Source: Rebecca billardiae RCC1528 (Eukaryota > Protista > Haptophyta). From it: a stretch of DNA of 64,000 bases. Where the stretch lies: the NCBI GenBank assembly GCA_965240325.2, contig OZ251242.1, positions 1,364,001-1,428,000 of the forward strand, read 5' to 3'. Of the stretch, positions 36,864-46,395 are shown piece by piece; the first letter of the stretch is position 1; each line of letters begins with the position of its first letter. The translations under genes and the position numbers were made by a program. Below the pieces are notes generated by a model, which was not told the DNA's origin, made no database searches, and worked only from the letters and a program-made list of their open reading frames with translations.

Positions 36864-37960
36864 GCATGACGTAGTCAGTCACGGCTCAGCACTCCAGTCG
36901 CACTATCCCGCATTGGCGCCATATTCGTTCGTGATACTCGTCAGTCTTATTCGTCGGATGAGGCCCGCGCTCGCGGGCCGCGCGGCGGCGCGGGCCGCGC
37001 GGGCTGCGCGGGCCCGACGCGTGCCACCGCCACCGGCCACTGTGGCAGCGCGCGGCGGCGCGGGCCGGATACGGTCGTGCCAGGCTCCGGTTCGGGCGGG
37101 TGGCCGGCTTAGACCCCCCTGCAAGCCCGGCGACGCCACTGCGGGTCACGCTCAGGGACGGCGGCAGAGCCGGCCCACTGACTGGTCTCGCCGCCCGCGG
37201 GTGCGCAACCGTGACCGTCAGTTCCGCGCGGGCACCAGAACTGCGGAGCACGGCCGCGGCGGCGCGGCCGAGTCGCTGTTACTGGCTGCTCGCGATTGGG
37301 ATGCAGCAGCTCTACCAGCGACCAGCCACTTGAAGCATGTACACACTCACCAAGCCTTGCCGCGCGGCAGTCACGTTTGCCCGCCACGCGTGGCCCGTGG
37401 CCGTGCCCGTGGGGCGACCGGCTCAGGCAGCGCAGCGGGGCGGCTCGCGCTCCCTGACTGTCGTTGCGAGCTAGCACTTCTGTGGTCTCCCTGCTTCCTC
37501 TCGAGACCTTGCCCGCTCCTTCAGACGTGCTCGCGCAGCACCCGTGTCGCGAAAGCTCTCGGGCTCGCGCTTGGATGGCGCATCGCATTCGTGTCGGCTG
37601 CCCGCGTGCAGTACAGCCCACGCGAGGCGCAGCCACGGCCCCTTGTCGAGAGGCTCAGATACCCCTGGGATGGCCCAACGACCCCGCTGCCGCCGCGGCC
37701 ACGGCGGGCGCGCGCCAACGCTCGCCTCCCCGAGTCGCCGCCCCGGCAGCCGGGGCGCGGCGGCCCCGGGCCGCCCGCAACCAGACCGGGCTCAGAACGC
37801 GTATTACCGGTTTGGCGGCCGTAGGTAGAGGGCCCACCCCTTGCCCTCGCGAGTCCAGGATTTGATGCAAGACCGCCAGACCAAGGGCCGTGGCCAGACG
37901 AGAGGATAGGGATTTCGTGCAAGACGGCGCCTAGTCGTGAGGAGCCTTGATTGAAGAAAA

Positions 37961-37986
37961 AGTTTAGTCAGTCGACTGACTAAACT
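37961..37986. repeat. Perfect 26-bp palindrome near the right end of the nested element
   Basis: agtttagtcagtc|gactgactaaact. Confidence 0.9.
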
Positions 37987-39801
37987 CATCTCCCCTACAA
38001 ATGTTCAGGAGATCAAGGCTAGAAGCGTCCAGAAACGGCACCCGCACATCTTTGAGGTGTGCCGGCCACTTAGTGTCACATAGAGATTCAGCGAAGTGGT
38101 ACCCACCCGTTATGGCAGCTAGATGACGGAATGCGGTCGGTAGTACTTATTGACAACCGTTGCCACTCAGTCGAAGGAATTTATGATGCAGCGACTGAAT
38201 ATTTGGCGCACCATGCTGGGCGCGTAGAAATTCAGGAAAAACAGCAGCAAGATCGAGCATGTTACCCATTTAAATACAGGTAGGTACCCGTAAATATGAG
38301 CATATGTGTACCCGTACATACTAACGGTCGATGCGAGTCCATATGTATTCAAATCAATGTCTATATATGCGGGTACATTCGAATACGGGCGCCGGAGATG
38401 AATATGGCTGTATCGGCGGGCTGTCAGCAGCACTCCTCAGCCGGCACCGGCGCCGCGTCGCCAGTCGTCCTACCCCAGCCCATGAGCCCATGCGAGGCCA
38501 CCACCGGTCTACGATTACCTCGGCTGCAGCGCCCAGCCATCGAGGCGGCCTCCGGCTCGGCGAGCTGCTCGGCTGCGATCTTCGCGCTCTCTGACTCTGC
38601 TGCCACGCCCGCCGTGCTCACCGCCTTGACCATTGTGCGGTCCGCGCGCTGCTCCGCTGTGATCGCCGCCAGATCCTCACGCCGCGCCTGGGCCTCGGAT
38701 GTGCCTGCGCGGCTGTTGGCGGCCGTGATGGCGCCAGTGGGCTCGGTGTCGCGCGCCTGCTCCGCGGTGAGCGTGACGTCCGTGCGCGCTCTTCGCTTCC
38801 GCACATCTGCTGCAGCCCCACTATCCAGGTGTGCGCCTCGGCCGTGCACAGAGAACAGGCAGGGCCAATGAACCGGCCACTCGAGGCGGAACGCGAGAGA
38901 TTCAAACCAGTAGTGCACCACCTTCTTCTTCAACAGGCCATCCTTGCCGAGCTGGGTCCATCCTCAGCGCCGTGGCCTTCTCGTGTGCCTTGAGTTGTGA
39001 AGAGCGCGCGGACGTCGCCCAGCGAGAGGTCGATGCGCTCGCGCACCCGGCACCGGTAAGAAACTAGCGGCAGGCATCGTGATGATTACCTTCAGCGTCT
39101 CGGCGTCGGAGAGAGGCGGCACACGCGACGGTGCGCGCTCCCCAACGGCTGCATGAGTGAATGCGGCGGTGGAAAGCATGCGCGCGGGAGTACCGCGGGG
39201 CCATCAGGGGGGCAGGTACGTACGCGGGAACGCTACAGATGGAAGGTACATGTGTTTGGGACCGCGTCTGTGCACCGTCTGCGTGCGCGGAGCCTGCGCA
39301 TCATCTGCAAGGGGAGCACCCTCCTCCATCTCGAGCGCATGAGCCAGCTTGAACGCGCTGGCACGCGTGCAACCTCGCGGTTTCAATGCCCGACGCCGGC
39401 GACCGATATGTCCGGGGACATCATGGTGGTCACGCAGACTCGCTCGATCGGGCGTTCTCGACGCTCGTACGCGCTCTGTCGCGCCGGGGCGACGGTGGTG
39501 ATGACCGTCCAGTCGTGCATCTCCGTCGCCGCCAGCCACTGAACAGCCCGACCCGGCCGCTCGGCGCGCGCGCTCGCGGCGCTCGAATTTATGGCGAAAC
39601 TCGCGCTCACTCCACTTGAAAACCCGTCGAGGCATTTTTTCGATTTTATTTTGGTGTGCTGGACCCCCTACCTCCTCGCGCCATGTTGATGTGGTGCGCT
39701 CATGGCCGGCGCCGGGGCGCGGTCGGTGGCCGCACAGCAGCGGCGGCGGCGCGACGAGCCCCCCTGATGCTGCATGCTGATGCGCGTGCGCTATATGACG
39801 A

Positions 39802-39803
<2 letters not shown>

Positions 39804-39881
<78 letters not shown>

Positions 39882-39910
39882 CATCTATATATATATATAT
39901 ATATATATAT
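39804..39910. repeat. (TA)n microsatellite
   Basis: Long TA run with one short interruption. Confidence 0.98.
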
Positions 39911-40033
39911 TATAAGTACTGAACATGACGGTATTGTTCAGATGATGACGAGTCGTGAACGACGACGATATCAATAATGATATATATATATATTATATAC
40001 GACTATATATCATGCTGACGATCGACGGCAGGC

Positions 40034-42805
40034 GGCCTGTTTTATTTCTACGAGAGCCCAAAGGCGACATTCGCCAAATACAGTGGGCTGGTCCCACTGG
40101 CGGAACCGAAATTCAAAACTATCTGACGATCGGCGCGGTCTGAGCGACTCGGAACAAAAGGGGTGCGACACACTAGCGCCGGCAGGGTACGCGCCGGCGT
40201 CTGAGCTCACCAGCGCGACTTCAGCAAAGCGCGCGGACGAAAATCAGCTCTCCGAGAGGGCCCCGGGCCTGCGCGGGGTCGCGGTCGCCGGCGCCGGGCG
40301 CGGGGATGCTGTCAGCTTCCGAGCCCGTACAGCTCGTCGCGCGCGCTCGGGGTGCGCGAGGCGACGTGGTACGACGGTAGCGTGGACCACCACCTCACGC
40401 CTCGCTGCGTCGTCAGCGTGTACAGCCCACCGCTGCCACCAGCGCCAATGTGAATGGCACTGCTCGGAACAGCTCGATGCGTCGCGCGTCGTCGTTTGCG
40501 TCGACTAGTCGCTCGGCCGGAGGTGCAGCTGACGCGCTCGCCGAAGCAGCACCGCAGACCCCGCTCGATGGTGTGCGCGGCGTGAAGTTCGCACCGAACG
40601 TCTTCTTGTGGCGAGATGCGCACCGCCCGCCGCAGCGCCCGCCGCTGCCGAGCCGGCCGCCGCTGCGCCGGCCGCCGCGCCGGCTGCCGCCGCCGCGACC
40701 GCCGTCGCTGCGCCATCAGCCGGCCCGGTGCTGCGGGCTGCCGCACTCGCCGGGCGACCACTCGAAGATGCGCGCAGCGTGACGTGCGCGGCAAGTAACT
40801 CCTCGTCGCGAGATGCGCTCCACCCGCCGTCGCGCCCGCCGCCGCGGCGTCCGCCGCCGCGGCGTCTGCCACCGCGCCGCCCGCTACAGTGCCGCGCCAG
40901 CCGCAGGCGCAGCGCCCGACCGCTGCGGCGCCCGCCCGGCTGTCACGCCCGCATTCAGCAGGCCCGGTGCTGCCGCGCTCGCCGGGCGACGAATCGATAT
41001 CGCGCGCGGCGTGACGTGCGCGCCGAGTGACTCCTCGTCGCGAGATGCGCTCTGCCAGCCGCCGCGCCCACCACCGCTGCTGCCGACTCGCCGCCGCGCC
41101 CGGATCGGCCGCCGCGCCCGCCCGACCGTCACGCCCGCCGTCAGCAGGCCCGATGCTGCCACGCTGGCCGGGCGCCGCGGTGGTCGCGGCGTTTGATGCC
41201 GTCGCAGACGGCGTGCGAAGCGCGGCGTCGGTACCCGCCCACCCTGCACGATGTTGCCGCGCTGCAACCTCAGCTTGATCGCTGACTCCACGCCAAGAGC
41301 TCGCGAAGAGACAGCCCACCCGCACAGTGGCAGTCTTCGCCCAGGAGCGCCGTATGCATAGCGGTGGGTGCGGAACGTGGCGCTCGACTTCTCCTCGGCG
41401 TCCGAGTCCTGCATCTGCTCCTGCACCAGCCCCTCCCATTCTGCGCGCGGGCGCGGAGTCGGTGCGGCCGTGCCGCACGAGGCGACGCGAGGGGCGCCGC
41501 AGCAGATGTCAGGTATGGTGACCGCGCTTCCGGCGGGCGTTTTCAAGCGGAACTTCTGGAACGCGTTGCTCACTGAAACTCGTGCGGAACCACCGTGCCC
41601 GATTTTGCACCCCGCGGACGCACGGTCGGCGCGCCGCGCGAGCACGCACCGGCGCGGGGCCCGGCTTGTGCCTCTGGTCGTGGTGCCAGTCGCCACGATT
41701 CGGCGGCGTCTTGAGCTTGCGCGCGTCCGCAATCGCCCAGGTTCGCCTCACAACTCGTGGTGCTCACTTCCCCGCCGGCTCACGCGGCGGACTTGCATTC
41801 GCCTCGCGCCACAGCGCCGCGCCTCCTCGCGGGGCACGCTTCGAAGCCGCCGCCGCCGTCCGCCGCGCAACCGCCGAAGCTTCGCCAAAACTCCGGTCCG
41901 TTGTTTTGCAGGTCCCCCAGTGAGACCCGCCCACTGTAAAACGCGGAACAATGGCGGCTTGCCCGCTGGTGCGGGCGCCGGAGCTAGTCCGGAGTAGTGA
42001 TGGCACGTCATTCGCGCATTCTCGTGTTGATGCGCTGCGCTGTAGCGAAGAATGTTGTCAGACATGCTGCCTCGCCTTGCCGTGGTGCTTCGCCTTGACA
42101 CAGGGGTCACTCGCGGTGCACGGCAGTGTGTACGATGCAGCCGGCGAGCGGCGGGCAAACCGCCGCAGCTGCAGGCCCTCTGCAAGCTGCAAGCACTCTG
42201 CCTTGGCTGCATCGCACCCGTGTCAGTTAGCGACCAGTTCACAGCCAGATGGACTGCAATCGCCACCAGCTCTAAACGCTCCGCCGCCACTACCTTGTCG
42301 AGCTTGAGATGCTTCCGTTCGGCGTGCGCTTGCATGCAGCTTGCCGCCTGCATTTGAACGTGAGCGCGGAAGGTTGGTAGGCCGGATGCTCAGGCCTCCT
42401 CGGCGTAAAATATGACAAGGTGCGTGCCACGCGCACCCATGACGCGCGGAAAGGCGTGCACACGTCTCCTGGCGCATCTGGCAGGCTGCAGTCTTGGCCA
42501 AGATGATGAGAACAAGCCTGCAATCGCTCGCCGCGCGGGCGCAGAGCGCGCGGAGAGTTTTGGGATACGACCCATGGTGTTGGATGTACCTCGTGTGCGA
42601 CAACGACGAGGCGGACGAGCGCCGCAACTGGATTCCTGCACTCACCGGTCACCGAGGAGTGCAGGAATCGCGTTCCTCGCGCACGTGGGGGCCGCCATCG
42701 GCCGTGAGAGGTACATCCAACGGGGCGTGACACCGATTCCCACTGGCGGGCAGGGGTTTGTCGCCGTGACATAGGAAATGGAATCTGGTAGAAATAAAAC
42801 AGGCC
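40034..42805. mobile_element. PIF/Harbinger-like TIR element with degenerate interior
   Basis: 18-bp TIR GGCCTGTTTTATTTCTAC (40034-40051) / GTAGAAATAAAACAGGCC (42788-42805), 3-bp flanks GGC/GGC, no intact ORF. Confidence 0.75.
40611..41180. repeat. Imperfect tandem direct repeat, ~200-230-bp unit, about 2.5 copies
   Basis: Recurring gcgagatgcgc, ggcccg(g/a)tgctgc, gccgggcg and gcgtgacgtgcgcg...actcctcgtcgcgagatgcgctc. Confidence 0.75.
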
Positions 42806-42887
42806 GGCATTACGTAGTCTGCTGACGAGTAGTCGATCGATCGTCATCAGCAGCAGCGTAGTCCTCCCGCCGACCCCCGAGACCGAG

Positions 42888-44507
42888 TCAGGCGGCGCAC
42901 ACGGGCGGCGCGAGCACAACTCTGCACGAGCCGTCCAGCCAGCGCGCGGCGCCGAGGGCGACGACGACGAGCCCGCCGCCCAGCAGCGCGGCCTGCGCAG
43001 CTGGGTCGGTGCGGAGGAGCTCGAGCACGTCCCACACGGTGCACCGCCCGCCGGGCTGCGCGCACACCAGCCTGGCGCCCAGCTCGAGCGCGCCGCCGCC
43101 TGCCACCGTGCGCGCCGCCCACGCCTCGAGCGCCCAGCGCAGCCCTGCCAGCCTGACGGCCGCGTGCACGCAGCGGCCCAGCGGCCGCGCGCGCCCGGGC
43201 CGGCCGAGCGCCGAGAGGGCGAGCGTGGCGAGGAGGGCGCTCGCGAGCGCGGCGGGCCACCAGAGGCGCAGCAGCAGGTCCAGCGCGCTCGGCGCCTCCA
43301 CGCGAATGCTCGAGCCGTCGCGCTGAATGGCGATGACGTTGGTCTGCCGCCAGCCGAGCGCGCGCGCGCGCAGCAGGTGGCGCGCGGTGGCGGTGGCTGC
43401 GTGTGTGCCCGCCTCGAGCCAGACGAGGAGGTCGAGGAGGCGGAGGCAGAGGCGCGCGCGCGCGAGCGCGGGGAGGAGGAGGAGCACCAGCTGCAGCTCG
43501 CGCGCCGCGCGCCGCACCACCTCGCTCGCCGGGTGCCGCGCCACCGCGATCGAGGCGGCCGCGCGCGCGCCAAGCGTGAGTTGGCACGCCTGTCGCGGCG
43601 CGGCCCACGGCCCGGCGAGGGGCGAGCGGACGGCCCAGCCGTGGAGCTCGGCGTTCCAGAGGAGGCGGCTGAGGAGCTTGCACGCGCAGAGCTGCACGTC
43701 GCGCTCCGCCGCGTGCACACTCATCGCCGCCAGCGCGACGTGCCCCACGCCCGCGCGCAGCGCCGCCGCGGCGCGCGCGGGCGCGCCGTCCGCCCAGCCG
43801 GCCGGTCCGATCAGCGCTAGAGCCGCCAGGCAGCCGTGTGTCTGCAGCCGCGCCGCGCCGAGGTGCGCGCGCATGGCGTGGGCGAGCGCGGGGAGCGCGC
43901 GGCCGCCCAGCGCGGTCTGCCGCCGCGCGCGCGCGCCCCAGTCCGCCCCCGCGCACAGCGCGCACAGCAGCTGGCACACGCACGCGGCCACGGCCACGCC
44001 GACGCGCTGCGGCCGCAGCGCGCGCACCGCACACCGGGTGAGGCCCGCGGCGTGCGCGCGGCGCTTGCGCGCGAGCGCGCGCGCGCCGAGGCCGCGGCAG
44101 ACGCTCCTGGCCGCGACGCACGCCCACGCCTGCACGCGGCCCGAGCCCACGTGCTCGCGCAGCGCGCGGCCGAGCGCCTCGAGAACGCCCGCGGCCGCCG
44201 CGCGGTCGCGGTGCGCGGGCGCGTCCGCCGTGTCGCTGTCGCACAGGCAGGCGACGAGCTTGCACGCGGCGCTCGCGACGTGCTTCGAGGCGACGTGGTC
44301 GTCGATCGCCTTCACCGCCGCCCCGAGCGCGCCGCACTCGACCGCGTGCCGCCTGTGCGCGCACGAGGCGGCGTCGGCGCCGCGGCAGAGCTGCGTGAGC
44401 TCGCCACACGCCTCGGCGAGCGCGGCGGCGTGCGCCTCGTCCGCGCTCTCGGCGTGCCGGGCCACGGCGAGCACGGCCGCGTGCACCTGCTCGAGCGGGT
44501 CGCCCAT
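42888..44507 (-). CDS. Armadillo-repeat protein with hydrophobic C-terminal helices
   Basis: Repeated G(A/V)L.A...A(L/M).(A/E)H....VQ..AC..L units; TM-like segments at the C-terminus. Confidence 0.7.
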   Translation of the reverse strand: MGDPLEQVHAAVLAVARHAESADEAHAAALAEACGELTQLCRGADAASCAHRRHAVECGALGAAVKAIDDHVASKHVASAACKLVACLCDSDTADAPAHRDRAAAAGVLEALGRALREHVGSGRVQAWACVAARSVCRGLGARALARKRRAHAAGLTRCAVRALRPQRVGVAVAACVCQLLCALCAGADWGARARRQTALGGRALPALAHAMRAHLGAARLQTHGCLAALALIGPAGWADGAPARAAAALRAGVGHVALAAMSVHAAERDVQLCACKLLSRLLWNAELHGWAVRSPLAGPWAAPRQACQLTLGARAAASIAVARHPASEVVRRAARELQLVLLLLPALARARLCLRLLDLLVWLEAGTHAATATARHLLRARALGWRQTNVIAIQRDGSSIRVEAPSALDLLLRLWWPAALASALLATLALSALGRPGRARPLGRCVHAAVRLAGLRWALEAWAARTVAGGGALELGARLVCAQPGGRCTVWDVLELLRTDPAAQAALLGGGLVVVALGAARWLDGSCRVVLAPPVCAA

Positions 44508-45349
44508 GCGCCGCGCCCGAACCTAACGCGCCTGCCGGTGCGCGCGCGCTCGCGTCCACGCGCGAGCGATGGGCCCGGGCGGGGCGGTCGCTCGCGTCCA
44601 GCGGCGGCTCCAACTTCTTGAGCTCGGAAGTCGACCGGCCGAAGTCCGCCGGTCGGCCGGATCTCGCCAATCTCGCCTCTCGGCCGGCGAGCGAGCCCGT
44701 CCAGACAGACGGCCTTGGAGGCGGGGTTCCTCTGCACGACGAGGTGACGGCCGCGCTGCCGCCCGCCATGCTCGAGCTGCGCCGCGCCGGGTGGCAGGCG
44801 GCGTAGCCCGAGCTGGCGGCAGCGCTCGTGCCGCTGCTCGTCACGGGGGCTGCGTTCCGCTGCGCCGCAACTGGCCGCACTCGGCACTGCAGTACTGGCC
44901 GATCGGCCCGCTGCGCGCAGCGCCAGGCACTGGCAGACAGCTGAGCGGCAGCGCCGGGGCGTATACGCCGGTGCGGTTGCCTATGTCTTATGACGACTCC
45001 GAGTCACCCGACGCAGTCATCACTTACATCGTCAGTGATGTGTCGACGTCATCTGCAAAATCAGCTGACGACTCTCGGTACTCTCGGAGTCTTGGACCCG
45101 TTGGCACAGCGGCGGAGACTGTCAGCGGCCCGGGTCGGACTCGGCGGTCCGGTGAGTGCAAATGACCGCCACGGGCTCCCTGGCATCATCAGTCGTACTA
45201 CGTCACTCGTACGCCTACGGTCCGCTATTAGTGATCTGTGATTTATTATCCGATTGTACGACGGCGCCGCGGCCACAGTCTAACGTCTCTAACGACTGGG
45301 CGGGCCGCGGGCGGCGCCCGGCCTCGGGCCGAGCCGGGCGCGGCTCGGC

Positions 45350-46234
45350 TCACACCCATCCCCACCGCTCGAGCATCGGGAGGAGCGAGTCGAAGAGCAG
45401 CGCGATCGCCACCACCGGCGGCGCCAGCCCGGCGGCCGAGCCGAGCACGTACTCGCGCGCGCGCACGGGCGACATGGCGAGTGCGTAGTTGACGGCGGGC
45501 GCCATCCAGAAGATGAGGCGGCACGCGGCGACGGTGGCGAGCGGGCGGCGCTCGAGCCGGGCGAGGAGCGCGCGCAGCCGCGGCGCGCGCGCGAGCTGGC
45601 CGATCGGCTGCCCGCCCACCGCGCGCACGATCGCGAACGAGAACGACACCGAGCTGCACGCGCCCACGTACGCAGCGAGCGCGCCCAGCCAGCGGCCAAA
45701 CGTGAGCGCTGCGAGGAGGATGAAGACGACGCCGGGGACGTGGAGCAGCTCGCCGACGCAGAAGATGGCGACGAACGCGACGAACGAGCGCGCCGGCGCG
45801 CGCGCGCCCAGCTCGCGCAGGTACCGCCGCATCTTGGGCAGCGCGAAGAACTCGGCGGAGCCGCTCACGCTCGCGCCGAGCACGAGCCCGCACAGAAGGG
45901 CGAGCACAGCCGCGATGCGCAGGTAGGGCACGGCGCGGACGAGGGCGCGGCGGAAGCGCGGCTCGTCGGGGGAGGGCGTGGGGCCCCCGCCCGCGCCCTC
46001 CTCGTCCGTCCCAGCGTCGAGCCAGCCCGCCGACGCCGCGGCGGGTCGCAGCAGCACGGCCGAGTCGTCGCGCACTGACTCGAGCTCGACGTCGCGCGCG
46101 TGCGCGTCCGGCGGCGGCGAGGCGGCGGCGGCGGCGCGCGCGGCGGCGCGCATGTCGTCCACTTCGCACGCCTCGGGCGAGGCCTCCTCCGCGTCGCAGG
46201 CGCTCGGCGGCTCGTCCGTTGGCGCAGCACTCAT
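45350..46234 (-). CDS. TVP38/TMEM64 (VTT/DedA, SNARE-associated) membrane protein
   Basis: ELLHVPG...AALTFG.WLG...GA..S..F..VR..GG, CRLI...P..NYALAMSPVR.REYVLGS..GL.P. Confidence 0.85.
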   Translation of the reverse strand: MSAAPTDEPPSACDAEEASPEACEVDDMRAAARAAAAASPPPDAHARDVELESVRDDSAVLLRPAAASAGWLDAGTDEEGAGGGPTPSPDEPRFRRALVRAVPYLRIAAVLALLCGLVLGASVSGSAEFFALPKMRRYLRELGARAPARSFVAFVAIFCVGELLHVPGVVFILLAALTFGRWLGALAAYVGACSSVSFSFAIVRAVGGQPIGQLARAPRLRALLARLERRPLATVAACRLIFWMAPAVNYALAMSPVRAREYVLGSAAGLAPPVVAIALLFDSLLPMLERWGWV

Positions 46235-46395
46235 TGGCTGGGTTGCATCCCCGCGCCGGACGTCGCGGGCGCCATTGACGTGAAAGGGCGCCACCCGGAC
46301 CAGTGCACAGGGTGCGGCTATTCCGATTGGGCGCTGCCACGCTCGCGTCGCGGGTGGACGACAGCGCGCCGACCCGCAGCGGCGCAGCCGCGGCC

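Larger units (their letters stand above)
35023..38059. mobile_element. Nested TIR element with CACC termini carrying an orphan gene
   Basis: Perfect 23-bp TIR cacctcaaagatgtgcgggtgcc (35023-35045) / ggcacccgcacatctttgaggtg (38037-38059). Its two flanks are contiguous in the related element at ~58890-58960 (empty site). Confidence 0.85.
34847..39670. mobile_element. Non-autonomous DNA transposon (hAT-like, 7-bp TSD) containing a nested element
   Basis: 12-bp TIR TAGGGGGTCCAG (34847-34858) / CTGGACCCCCTA (39659-39670). Perfect TSD CCTCCTC at 34840-34846 and 39671-39677. Homologous to the element at 58765-60729. Confidence 0.85.

Noticed and set aside
39204-39922. ORFs with (YI)n repeats
   Set aside because: Translation of the (TA)n microsatellite
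40611-41180. CRISPR-like repeat-spacer array
   Set aside because: Units are ~200+ bp imperfect duplications inside a TE, there are no cas genes, and the context is eukaryotic
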